Source: Fulvivirga sp. (GTDB taxonomy: Bacteria; Bacteroidota; Bacteroidia; Cytophagales; Cyclobacteriaceae). From it: a stretch of DNA of 64,000 nt. The translations under genes were made by a program, and so were the position numbers. Of the stretch, positions 17,401-26,907 are shown one piece after another; position 1 is the first letter of the stretch, and each line of letters opens with the position of its first letter. The stretch lies in NCBI GenBank assembly GCA_028280565.1, contig JANQLQ010000260.1, positions 20,817 through 84,816 of the forward strand, read 5' to 3'. The notes under the pieces were generated by a model that was not told the DNA's origin, did no database searches, and saw only the letters and a program-made list of their open reading frames with translations.

Positions 17401-18946
17401 GCTAAAGCACATAGCCATTCTTGGATTAGGCTGGTTGGGACTGCCATTGGCGAAGGCCTTACATCAGCAAGGATACAAGGTCCAGGGCTCTGTAAGCTCC
17501 CTCGATAAATTCCATGAACATAGCAACCTTCCTTTTGGAGTGACCAGGATCAGGGTAAAAGAGCATGAAATAGAAGGGGACTGGGAGGCCTTTTTATTCA
17601 ATATGCAGGTCCTCGTCATTAACATACCTCCTTTAAGAGAGAAAAAGGTGGAGTATCGGTATCCCGCTTTGATGGATCAAATCACCAAGCATACACCCCC
17701 TGGCCTGAAGATCATATTTGCCAGTACCACGGGCGTATATGCCAACGAAGGACAGCGGGTCAACGAATCCATTCGTCCCAATCCGTCCAAACCTTCGGGA
17801 AAAGCCGTGCTGTACGCTGAAAATAAGTTAAGGGAGCACTTCGGAAAAAACTTATCCATCCTGAGACTGGCAGGGCTGATCGGGGAAGATCGACATCCGG
17901 GCAGGTTTTTAGCTTCTAAGCGAGCGTTAAGAAATGCAGAAGCACCAGTAAATCTCGTGCACCAGCAAGATTGTATCAGCGTCATCCAAAAAGTGCTGCA
18001 ACGCAACTGCTGGGGAGAAAAGATCAACGTATGCGCCAGTAAGCACCCGGTCAGGAAAGAATTTTACCAAAAGGCATCGGCAGTGCTGGGGTTGGACCCC
18101 CCGCATTTTAAAAGCTCCGATAAAGCTGATTTCAAAATAGTGGACAACACCTACAGCCGGAAACTCCTCGGGCATGAATACCTGTATGATGATCCCGAGG
18201 ACATTTTTACCAAAAAGCACCCGGGAAAAATAAGCATTGTAGGAGCAGGCCCCGGGGATGTAGACCTGTTGACACTGAAAGCCTTTCAAACCATCGTGGA
18301 AGCGGATGTCATTTTGCATGATAACCTGGTCTCTCCGCAGATCCTTGCGCTCAACCCTAACGCGGAATTAAGTTATGTGGGCAGGAAATATGGGGACCAG
18401 TCAGACCAGAAAGATCGGCAGAGGATCATCAACGAATTGCTACACGACCATTATAAGCAGGGCAAGCGGGTGGCCAGGCTCAAGTCAGGCGACCCCTACA
18501 TCTATGGACGTGCCGCAGAGGAAGCCCGCTTTTTGAAAGAGCGTAATGTCCCATTCCAAGTAGTTCCCGGCATTTCTGCCGCCCTTGCGGCTGCTAACCT
18601 GAATAACATCCCCGTAACGGAACGCAATCACTCCAATGCGCTGATGATCTGCACAGCCCATACGGCAGATTATTCATTCGAACAGCTCAATGGAGTGGCA
18701 GCATTACTGAAAGCGGGTAATACACTGGCCATTTACATGGGGCTGAAAAGCCTGGATAAGCTGATCCCCAGGCTGATAGAAGTGTGTGAGGATGATACCA
18801 TCCCCATCAACGCGATTTCCAACGTATCGAGGGAAAATGAACAGCTCCTTAGCTCGACTTTGGGAGCCATAAGAAATGACGTTTTAGAAGCAAAACTGCC
18901 TATGCCAGTGGTTTTCCTGGTAGGCGCTAGATCTATTGACAAATGA
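17393..18946 (+). CDS. cobA: Fusion: Rossmann NAD(P)-binding (epimerase/SDR-like) domain plus uroporphyrinogen-III C-methyltransferase (SUMT)
   Basis: The N-terminus has ILGLGWLGLPLAKAL. From about residue 270 it reads IVGAGPGDVDLLTLKA...RLKSGDPYIYGR...VVPGISA, which is typical of SUMT/CysG-C. Confidence 0.85.
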   Translation: MPELKHIAILGLGWLGLPLAKALHQQGYKVQGSVSSLDKFHEHSNLPFGVTRIRVKEHEIEGDWEAFLFNMQVLVINIPPLREKKVEYRYPALMDQITKHTPPGLKIIFASTTGVYANEGQRVNESIRPNPSKPSGKAVLYAENKLREHFGKNLSILRLAGLIGEDRHPGRFLASKRALRNAEAPVNLVHQQDCISVIQKVLQRNCWGEKINVCASKHPVRKEFYQKASAVLGLDPPHFKSSDKADFKIVDNTYSRKLLGHEYLYDDPEDIFTKKHPGKISIVGAGPGDVDLLTLKAFQTIVEADVILHDNLVSPQILALNPNAELSYVGRKYGDQSDQKDRQRIINELLHDHYKQGKRVARLKSGDPYIYGRAAEEARFLKERNVPFQVVPGISAALAAANLNNIPVTERNHSNALMICTAHTADYSFEQLNGVAALLKAGNTLAIYMGLKSLDKLIPRLIEVCEDDTIPINAISNVSRENEQLLSSTLGAIRNDVLEAKLPMPVVFLVGARSIDK

Positions 18947-19875
18947 AGGAAGGAATACTTTTTTGCGGACACGGTAGCAGGAGAAAAAGCGGCACAGAAG
19001 CTTTCAAAGAACTGATCGCTATTCTCAAAAAGCGATACCCCGGCTACGAGGTGGACTATGGCTTTTTGGAATTCAATCATCCTGTGTATGAAGCGGCCGT
19101 AGAACGAATGTACCAAAAAGGGATACGTAAGATCTACGCCCTGCCGGTCATCCTCTTTGCCGGCGCGCATGCCAAAAACGACATTCCCTATGAGCTCAAT
19201 ACCATCCAGGGCCGTTACGATGACTTGGACATTGTGATGGGCAGACCTATCGGGGTGAGCGCTTTTTTACTGGACCTTTCCAAAAAGATACTGGACGAAA
19301 GAGAGCAGGAACTGGTACCTATGGATCGAAAAGATACCTGCCTGGTCGTGGTAGGCAGAGGAACGACCGATCCGGATTCCAATTCTGATGTACACAAACT
19401 GTGCAGCATGATCTGGGAGGGTATGGGGTATGGGTTTGCTACCGTTGGCTACAGCGGCACCACCTACCCCTCCGTGGCCGAGGCGCTTCAGCTCACAGAA
19501 AAGCTGGGCTTCAAAAGGACCATCGTGATCCCATTCTTCTTCTTTACCGGGGTATTGCTGGAAAGGATTTACAAGACCGTAGAAGACCATGATGTCAATG
19601 CCTCTTCGGAGTATGTGTATACGCGAGCTTTTGGTACGGACGAGTACATCCTGAAAGCATTTGATGAACGACTGCAGGAAGCAAAACAAGGCACCGGTAA
19701 TATGAACTGTCAACTGTGCAAGTACCGGAGACAAATCATTGGTTTCGAAGAAGAACAGGGAAGCGACCAAGTAGGCCATCACCTGAATGTGAAAGGGATC
19801 CTGTTTGAAGAAGATGAGAAGGTAGCAGGGAAAAAAGGAGTAGGAAAAGCCCTGAAGAAAATACTGGGGATATGA
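18943..19875 (+). CDS. cbiX: Sirohydrochlorin cobaltochelatase, long form (CbiX-L type)
   Basis: Duplicated chelatase halves (FCGHGSR; VVGRGTTDPDSNSD) and a C-terminal MNCQLC motif plus an HH/charged tail. 4-nt overlap with the upstream gene. Confidence 0.85.
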   Translation: MKEGILFCGHGSRRKSGTEAFKELIAILKKRYPGYEVDYGFLEFNHPVYEAAVERMYQKGIRKIYALPVILFAGAHAKNDIPYELNTIQGRYDDLDIVMGRPIGVSAFLLDLSKKILDEREQELVPMDRKDTCLVVVGRGTTDPDSNSDVHKLCSMIWEGMGYGFATVGYSGTTYPSVAEALQLTEKLGFKRTIVIPFFFFTGVLLERIYKTVEDHDVNASSEYVYTRAFGTDEYILKAFDERLQEAKQGTGNMNCQLCKYRRQIIGFEEEQGSDQVGHHLNVKGILFEEDEKVAGKKGVGKALKKILGI

Positions 19876-20612
19876 TAGCAGAACCAGCTAAGTACATACC
19901 GGCAGGCAAAATTACCGGGGTATCGCTCGGGCCCGGAGATCCCGATCTGATCACCGTAAAAGGGCTCCAAGTGCTGAAGGAAGCCGACAAAATATATTTC
20001 CCGGGGTCACAATTCAGCGATGGGAGAAAAGACAGCTATGCCCTTTCTATCCTCAAACACTATGACCTGGACCCGGCAAAGTGGGAAGGCTTTTACCTTA
20101 GCATGAGCCTCGAAAGAAAGGAGGCCCGCTCACTCTATGAAAGGATTTTTTTGAACATCAAACAAGACTATGAAAAGGGGCTGGGTATCGCCATCGTCAG
20201 CGAAGGAGATGCCAGTACCTATAGCTCCTTTTCCTATTTACTCACTCATCTGCAAGACGCGAACTTACCCGTCAGTGTAATACCCGGCATCACCTCTTAC
20301 GCTTTGGCGGCAGCCATCCATGCCAATCCCTTGTGCATACAGGGCGAGAGAATGGTCATACTTCCCAGGGTGAAGAGTGTAGCGGAATTACAGCAAAGCC
20401 TTCGGCATTTTGATACGGTAGTCTTGATGAAGATCCGATCGGTGATGCCTGTCATCCTGGAAGCGCTGGAGAGTACACCAGTAGCTGTTTTTTATGGTGA
20501 GCGCTTAGGGGCTGAAAAACAGTTCATCAGCATGGACATAGCAGAGATCCGGGAAAGGGAGATTCCTTACTTCGCACTATTGATCATAAAGACAATGCCG
20601 GAAGCCATATGA
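19872..20612 (+). CDS. cbiL: Cobalt-factor II / precorrin-2 C20-methyltransferase
   Basis: GVSLGPGDPDLITVKGLQVLKEAD tetrapyrrole methylase signature, position in the operon, and 4-nt overlaps on both sides. Confidence 0.85.
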   Translation: MIAEPAKYIPAGKITGVSLGPGDPDLITVKGLQVLKEADKIYFPGSQFSDGRKDSYALSILKHYDLDPAKWEGFYLSMSLERKEARSLYERIFLNIKQDYEKGLGIAIVSEGDASTYSSFSYLLTHLQDANLPVSVIPGITSYALAAAIHANPLCIQGERMVILPRVKSVAELQQSLRHFDTVVLMKIRSVMPVILEALESTPVAVFYGERLGAEKQFISMDIAEIREREIPYFALLIIKTMPEAI

Positions 20613-22000
20613 AGATAACAGTAGCAGGTATCGGGCCGGGAAACGAACAGTACATCTTACCACTGGTGCAGCAGGCTGCGCTTGCCGCGGATGTGGTCAT
20701 TGGCTATACCTATTATTTCCAGTTTATTGAGCAGTTCATTTCGGAAGATGCCCAAAAGATCCCCATGTCGATGGGGACGGAAGAAGATAGAGCAGCACTT
20801 GCCCTGTCTGAAGCAAAAGAAGGGCGAACAGTCCTCGTGATAGGCTCAGGGGATGCAAGCATCTATTCGATGGCCTCCATTGTTTATGAATTAGCCTCCA
20901 AGCAAAAAGCAGACGGTATTGAACTGGAGACCTTGCCGGGGATCTCTGCCTTCCTGGCCGTGGGAAGTAAATTGGGCGCTCCCCTCGGACATGATTTTTG
21001 TTGCATATCCCTGTCTGACCTGATGACCCCTTGGAGGGTGATCGAGAAAAGGATCAGGGCTGCGGCAAGCGGCGACTTTGTTACCAGCATTTACAACCCC
21101 AAGAGCAAGAAAAGGTACTGGCAACTGGACCGGCTCAAGGAGCTTTTCCTGGAGCAGCGCCCAGGAGGTACTCCTGTGGCCATTGCCCGGCAAGTCACCC
21201 AGCCGGAAGAAAGTATCCGGCTCACTACACTGTCCGACCTCGATACAAATGACGTTGACATGTTCAGCCTGGTCATGATCGGTAACTCACAGACTTACCA
21301 ATACAAAAACCACCTGGTCACACCGCGAGGATATTTGAACAGGAAGCCCCAAACCGGGGAAGAGATACAGCGGGAGAGCTTCCGAATCGTAGCCAGCCAC
21401 CTGCAAGGCATGTCCATGGATCTTGCGGATAAATGGGCGGTCATGAGGGTCATCCATACCACTGGCATTTTGGAAGACCATCAATGGTACAAAGCCACAA
21501 AAGGAGCGATCTGCAAATGGCATGATTTTTTGAAAAATGGCGGCGATATTATCACCGATGTAACCATGGCCAGGTCAGGGGTCACCAAGAGATACGTCCA
21601 AAAATATGGCGTAAGCGTACACTGCTTCCTGGATGATGATGAGGCAGTCAAATCAGCGTGGGAGTTGCAGATCACCCGTTCGCAAGCAGGTATCCGGAAG
21701 GCCATGAGGCTATATCCGAATGCGCTGTACGTAATTGGTAATGCGCCCACCGCTTTGATGGACCTTACGGATGAACTGCTCGTGAATGAAAACTTCAAAC
21801 CGGCAGGGATCATCGGTGCGCCGGTGGGTTTTGTTAATGTCATTGAAGCCAAAACCCAGCTGGCACAGGCCGTGGTGGACCATGTGATCATGGAAGGTAA
21901 CCGGGGAGGAAGCAACGTAGCGGCAGCCATCGTCAATGCCGCTTTTACCCTGGAAGAGGCCCAGGCCTATTTTCAAAAAGCATCAACAGGGCAATTTTGA
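20609..22000 (+). CDS. cbiH-cbiC: Fusion: cobalt-precorrin-3 C17-methyltransferase (CbiH) plus precorrin-8 methylmutase (CbiC)
   Basis: The N-terminal half has GIGPG and HDFCCISLSDLMTPW (CbiH). The C-terminal half has VIGNAPTAL and GNRGGSNVAAA (CbiC/CobH). Confidence 0.85.
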   Translation: MKITVAGIGPGNEQYILPLVQQAALAADVVIGYTYYFQFIEQFISEDAQKIPMSMGTEEDRAALALSEAKEGRTVLVIGSGDASIYSMASIVYELASKQKADGIELETLPGISAFLAVGSKLGAPLGHDFCCISLSDLMTPWRVIEKRIRAAASGDFVTSIYNPKSKKRYWQLDRLKELFLEQRPGGTPVAIARQVTQPEESIRLTTLSDLDTNDVDMFSLVMIGNSQTYQYKNHLVTPRGYLNRKPQTGEEIQRESFRIVASHLQGMSMDLADKWAVMRVIHTTGILEDHQWYKATKGAICKWHDFLKNGGDIITDVTMARSGVTKRYVQKYGVSVHCFLDDDEAVKSAWELQITRSQAGIRKAMRLYPNALYVIGNAPTALMDLTDELLVNENFKPAGIIGAPVGFVNVIEAKTQLAQAVVDHVIMEGNRGGSNVAAAIVNAAFTLEEAQAYFQKASTGQF

Positions 22001-23211
22001 GACAAGCACGCCAACATATCGATTACTATTTGATAGGGATCGGGTACTCCGGCCTGCATCTTACTGGCGGACAGATGCCGGAGATCCTAAAACAGCATCG
22101 TGTATTTTCAGGAGGAGACAGGCACTACACGATCGTTAAAGCTTTTTTACCAGGAAACCACTGCTGGATCCCTGTGAAAGGAAATATGGAAGAGGTCATC
22201 CAGGCTTATGAGCAGGTTGGAGAGACAGTGGTAATATTTGCTTCAGGCGACCCCTATTTCTTTGGGTTTGGCAACACCTTAAAGCGACTAAGGCCCGAAG
22301 CGAAGGTGCACTCCTTTCCTTATTTTAACTGTATACAGCTGCTCAGCCACCAGGTGCAATTCAATTATTCTGAAATCTCCACGGTTTCCGTGCATGGCAG
22401 AAGCTGGGACAAACTAGATGAAGCCCTGGTCGCGGGAAACAATTCGATCGGCGTCCTGACCGATCAGCAAAAATCACCCGCAGCCGTTGCAAAGCGACTG
22501 TTGGAGTACGGCTTTACCCATTACCGGATGATCCTTGGCGAAGAGCTGGAAAGTCCCGACCAGCAAATAAATTCGCTCTCACTTCATGAAGCTGCAGTCT
22601 ATGAAAGCAAAGTCGTGAATTGCCTCATCCTGGAAAAGACAGGAACACCCGGGAATATTGGCCTTGGCATAAAAGATGACCGCTTTGCTTCCTTACCCGG
22701 AAGGCCTGGGATGATCACCAAGCGACCGGTTCGTCTTACCACCATTTCCACCCTAGAGCTGGGCAATGCCAACGTATTTTGGGATGTCGGAAGCTGTACC
22801 GGGTCAATCGCAATTGAAGCCAAACGGCTGTTTCCTGCGTTGAAAACCATCGCCTTTGAAAAAAGGACCGAATGCGAAAGCATCATCCGGCAAAACATGA
22901 GGAAGTTCCAATGCCCGGGGGTCCAGTTGGAGATCGGCGACGTATTTGAAATGGATTTGGAAGCATTGCCAAAGCCCGATACGCTCTTTATCGGCGGACA
23001 TGGAAACCGCCTGGTCGAGATGATCCGGCTCATGGACCAATACCTGCGGCCCGGTGGTCGCATGCTGATGAATACTGTCAAGGAGGATTCTGCTAAAATC
23101 TTTTTTGAAGTATGCCAGCAATTGGGCTACCAGGCCGAGCCGCCAGTGGCCATTACAGTCGACACCCACAATCAAATTAAAGTATTAAGCGCCTGCAAAG
23201 CAGAGATATGA
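21997..23211 (+). CDS. cbiET: Fusion: precorrin-6 C5,15-methyltransferase/decarboxylase (CbiE-CbiT, CobL-like)
   Basis: The N-terminal half is a tetrapyrrole methylase. The C-terminal half carries a class I SAM-MTase motif (VFWDVGSCTGSIAIEA). Confidence 0.85.
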   Translation: MRQARQHIDYYLIGIGYSGLHLTGGQMPEILKQHRVFSGGDRHYTIVKAFLPGNHCWIPVKGNMEEVIQAYEQVGETVVIFASGDPYFFGFGNTLKRLRPEAKVHSFPYFNCIQLLSHQVQFNYSEISTVSVHGRSWDKLDEALVAGNNSIGVLTDQQKSPAAVAKRLLEYGFTHYRMILGEELESPDQQINSLSLHEAAVYESKVVNCLILEKTGTPGNIGLGIKDDRFASLPGRPGMITKRPVRLTTISTLELGNANVFWDVGSCTGSIAIEAKRLFPALKTIAFEKRTECESIIRQNMRKFQCPGVQLEIGDVFEMDLEALPKPDTLFIGGHGNRLVEMIRLMDQYLRPGGRMLMNTVKEDSAKIFFEVCQQLGYQAEPPVAITVDTHNQIKVLSACKAEI

Positions 23212-25049
23212 AAAAAATACACATCATAGCGACCACAGACAGGGGTATAGCGCTGGGAAGAAAATTGCAAATGGAAATTCCCAAGTCTGTAGTAGTTACA
23301 ACGCGCAAGACCCCCGATGAGCACATCTCACAGGTCGACAGTATAGCGGCTTTCCTGTCCGGGTATTTTCAAAAAACGGATGCATTCATTTTTATTACCT
23401 CTCTTGGGGCTTGCGTGAGGCTGATCGCCCCTTACCTCGCGGATAAGTCAACCGATCCGGCAGTCCTATGTATGGATGATCATGCCCGGTTTGTACAATC
23501 GGTGGTGGGAGGACACCAGGGAGGCGCCAATCAACTGGCTGCCAAAGTATCAAAAGTATTTGGAGCACAGGCTGTCGTCAGCACTTCCAGCGATCTGCAA
23601 GGCATTTGGGCGCTGGATACGCTTGGAGAACAGTTCGACTGGCATACCGAGTTTTCTACGGATCCTAATGCTATCATCTCGGCTTTCGTCAACAATGCGC
23701 CTACCGGTTTGCTCCTGGAGGTCGATACCAAAGGCACCCGGTACCTGGAAGAAACCGTGCCGGACTTTGTAGAGGTGTTTTACGATGCGGAAGAGATGGA
23801 TTGCAGTAAGTTCAGCCTCTTGCTAGCAGTGACCTATAAGTCATACCCATTGGATATTCCTACTGTTCACTTCTACCCGAAAGTGCTTTCGCTGGGAACA
23901 GGTTGCTCTAAAGAGCTGGATCCCGAGCTTTTTGCACAAAGCCTTCGCGAGCAACTGGCTGCACAAGGTCTGTCATTTCATGCGATAAAATCGTTCGGCT
24001 CGATCGACCTCAAAAAAGACCAGCAAGCTTATGTCCAGTTCAGCAAGGATACTAACATACCCTTTCACACCTTCGGCAAGGAAGAGATCGATACGGTGAA
24101 AGTCCCCAATCCCAGCGAGGTGGTCCGGTCAAAGATCGGGGTAGACGGGGTGTCGGAATCCCTGGCCATGCTCTTATCTGGAAACACTACATTGCTGGTC
24201 GAGAAGCAAAAGATCACACTGGACAATGGTCATAAATTCACTTATGCCATCGCCCTGGACCACGAAGTGACCAGGAAGCCTTCCATTACCATTGTGGGAG
24301 CAGGTCCCGGGGACGAAGAGCTGATCTCTGTTAAAGGGAAAAAACTATTAGAACAAGCGGATTGCGTATTGTATGCGGGCAGCCTGGTACCAGAAGAAAT
24401 GACTTCATGGTGCAAAGAGGGGGCTGTGGTTAGAAATTCTGCTGCTATGACCCTTGAAGAGCAAATGGCCCTGGTGCAAGAGCATTACCACAAGGGGCAT
24501 AACATTGTGCGGCTACACTCTGGCGACCCTTCCATTTATGGCGCTATCCAGGAGCAAATGACTTTGTTCGATGAGTTGGGGATGGAATACTTCATCGTGC
24601 CGGGCATTTCTTCCTTCAATGCAGCCGCGGCCGTATTAAAATCGGAATTTACCATTCCCGAAGTGGTGCAGACTATCATCATTACAAGAGGAGAAGGTAA
24701 AACGCCTTTACCGAAAAATGAGAAACTGGAGGAAATGGCCAAATTGAAAGCGACCATTTGCCTCTTCCTAAGCGCCGGCATAGCCGCCAAAGTACAGGAG
24801 CAAATGCTGAAGTACTATGAACCGGAAACACCTGTTGCGGTGCTCTATCGCCTCACGTGGAAAGATGAAGAAGTCTATACCGGGACATTACAAAACCTGG
24901 CGGAACTCGTGAAGGCGAGTAAGAAAACCAGGACGGTACTGATCGTGGTGGGACACGCGATCCACGCCCGGAAAAACCGCTCAAAGCTGTACAGCCCGGG
25001 GTGGAAACACATTTTCCGGACACAAAAGAAATTCACGCTCAAAGCGTAA
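23208..25049 (+). CDS. cbiGF: Fusion: CbiG (cobalt-precorrin-5A hydrolase) plus cobalt-precorrin-4 C11-methyltransferase (CbiF)
   Basis: ~345-aa CbiG-like N-terminal region, followed by ITIVGAGPGDEELISVKG...VLYAGSLV...RLHSGDPSIYGA (CbiF). Confidence 0.85.
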   Translation: MKKIHIIATTDRGIALGRKLQMEIPKSVVVTTRKTPDEHISQVDSIAAFLSGYFQKTDAFIFITSLGACVRLIAPYLADKSTDPAVLCMDDHARFVQSVVGGHQGGANQLAAKVSKVFGAQAVVSTSSDLQGIWALDTLGEQFDWHTEFSTDPNAIISAFVNNAPTGLLLEVDTKGTRYLEETVPDFVEVFYDAEEMDCSKFSLLLAVTYKSYPLDIPTVHFYPKVLSLGTGCSKELDPELFAQSLREQLAAQGLSFHAIKSFGSIDLKKDQQAYVQFSKDTNIPFHTFGKEEIDTVKVPNPSEVVRSKIGVDGVSESLAMLLSGNTTLLVEKQKITLDNGHKFTYAIALDHEVTRKPSITIVGAGPGDEELISVKGKKLLEQADCVLYAGSLVPEEMTSWCKEGAVVRNSAAMTLEEQMALVQEHYHKGHNIVRLHSGDPSIYGAIQEQMTLFDELGMEYFIVPGISSFNAAAAVLKSEFTIPEVVQTIIITRGEGKTPLPKNEKLEEMAKLKATICLFLSAGIAAKVQEQMLKYYEPETPVAVLYRLTWKDEEVYTGTLQNLAELVKASKKTRTVLIVVGHAIHARKNRSKLYSPGWKHIFRTQKKFTLKA

Positions 25050-25052
25050 GAG

Positions 25053-25814
25053 ATGATACTGGTATTTGGAGGAACTACAGAAGGAAAACAAGTAGCAGCA
25101 CTGCTGGAGGAATTGCAGCGCACCTACCTGTATTCCACCAAAGCCAGCACAAAGAGTGTGGTCAAAAACACCGGGGTCCAGGTCCAAGGGGCATTGGATG
25201 AACATCAGATGACGAACCTGTGCCAGGACAAAAATATCCGGCTGATCATTGATGCGGCACATCCTTTTGCCGTGGTCCTGCATAAGACCATTTTCAACGT
25301 TTCATGTGCATTGAATACTCCGCTCGCAAGATTTGAAAGAAAAGAGGAGGCGCGTATGGCACATCCGCTGGTACACTATGTTGCTGGTTATGATGAGGCC
25401 ATTGCCGCGCTAAGGCGGATCGGGAGTCCCACTTTACTCGCTTTAAGCGGTGTCCAATCCATCCCATATTTATCGGGCTACTGGAAAAAAACCGTCACCT
25501 GGTCCAGGATCTTGGACCGGGCCGGGTCGGTTGCCCTGGCAGCACATCACCAGTTTCCGGCAGAAAGACTGATCCTGGGCTACCCTTCAGCACATGTAGA
25601 GGAAGAGGAGGCGTTGTACAGGCGGCTGAAAATCGGGGCGGTACTTACCAAGGAAAGCGGCAATAGTGGCGGGCTAATGGTTAAAATGAAGGCAGCTACC
25701 AGCGCTGGCATCCCGATATTCGTCATCAAAAAGCCGAAATTACCCGCCTATGACCTGGTTGTGAATGATACCGGAGAGTTAAGACAGGTACTTTCTAAAA
25801 TGGGATGCCTATGA
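25053..25814 (+). CDS. cbiJ: Cobalt-precorrin-6A reductase
   Basis: MILVFGGTTEG N-terminus, ~250 aa, and operon context. Confidence 0.85.
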   Translation: MILVFGGTTEGKQVAALLEELQRTYLYSTKASTKSVVKNTGVQVQGALDEHQMTNLCQDKNIRLIIDAAHPFAVVLHKTIFNVSCALNTPLARFERKEEARMAHPLVHYVAGYDEAIAALRRIGSPTLLALSGVQSIPYLSGYWKKTVTWSRILDRAGSVALAAHHQFPAERLILGYPSAHVEEEEALYRRLKIGAVLTKESGNSGGLMVKMKAATSAGIPIFVIKKPKLPAYDLVVNDTGELRQVLSKMGCL

Positions 25815-26902
25815 GCTTGAGAAAAGTACCCGAAGGCCCCTTGAAGGAAGGGTTTACTACTGGAACCTGTGCCACTGCGGCTGCCAAAGCGGCGTTGACC
25901 GCACTCATGACCGGGCAACGACCCAATAACATCCAAGTACACTTGCCCATTGGGAAAATACTCAACATTCCCGTGCATAGCTGTGATTTTGATGGAGATT
26001 GGGCACGGTGCTCGGTGATAAAAGATGCCGGGGACGACCCTGATGTTACCCATGGCGCTGAGATCGGCTGCGAAATCCAGCTAACCCCGGGAGACCAAGT
26101 CTCTTTCAAACGGGGAGAAGGAGTAGGCCTTGTCACCCTTCCCGGGCTTGAAATCGAAGTGGGCGAACCGGCCATCAATCCCGTGCCTCGCAAGATGATC
26201 CGAAATGCCCTCACCAAGTTACGCTACGATCATGACCTGCAAGCAGGCATCATCGTGACGGTTTTTGTGACCGATGGAAGAAAAATAGCAAAGAAAACCC
26301 TCAACGAAAGGGTGGGCATTAAGGATGGGATCTCCATACTGGGTACGACAGGTATTGTCAAGCCTTATTCTTCTTCCTCCTACATCGCCAGTATCGTGCA
26401 GGGAATAGATGTGGCCGTTGCCAACCAGGTGGATGAGCTGGTACTCAATTCCGGGGGCAGGAGTGAGAAATACTTGCGACAGCTTTTCCCGGGTTTCCCA
26501 GAACAAGCTTTTATCCACTATGGCAACTGGATCGGAGAGACCCTAAAGAAGATTGAAGCCAGCCTGGTCAAAAAAGTCAGTATTGGCATTATGCTGGGCA
26601 AAGCAGTAAAGCTGGCGGAGGGGCGTACTGATACCCATAGCTGTGTATCCGGATGGAACAAGGATTTTGTCCGGCAACTGGCCATAAATGTGGGATACGG
26701 GAAAAATAAAGCTGATCGCATTGCTTCGCTGAATATGGCGGGCAGACTTACAGAGCTATTTGATTTTAATGCTGCTGAGCCCATGTACCAGCAGATCCTA
26801 CAGCATTGCTACCTGGCCTGTAGAAAAACATTGACCAAAGCTGAACTGGATATGTACCTGGTCGGCAAAAACGGAGAAATTATACCATACCATAATATAT
26901 AA
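25805..26902 (+). CDS. cbiD: Cobalt-precorrin-5B (C1)-methyltransferase
   Basis: LKEGFTTGTCATAAAKAA N-terminal signature, ~365 aa, and a 10-nt overlap with cbiJ. Confidence 0.9.
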   Translation: MPMSLRKVPEGPLKEGFTTGTCATAAAKAALTALMTGQRPNNIQVHLPIGKILNIPVHSCDFDGDWARCSVIKDAGDDPDVTHGAEIGCEIQLTPGDQVSFKRGEGVGLVTLPGLEIEVGEPAINPVPRKMIRNALTKLRYDHDLQAGIIVTVFVTDGRKIAKKTLNERVGIKDGISILGTTGIVKPYSSSSYIASIVQGIDVAVANQVDELVLNSGGRSEKYLRQLFPGFPEQAFIHYGNWIGETLKKIEASLVKKVSIGIMLGKAVKLAEGRTDTHSCVSGWNKDFVRQLAINVGYGKNKADRIASLNMAGRLTELFDFNAAEPMYQQILQHCYLACRKTLTKAELDMYLVGKNGEIIPYHNI

Positions 26903-26907
26903 ATATA

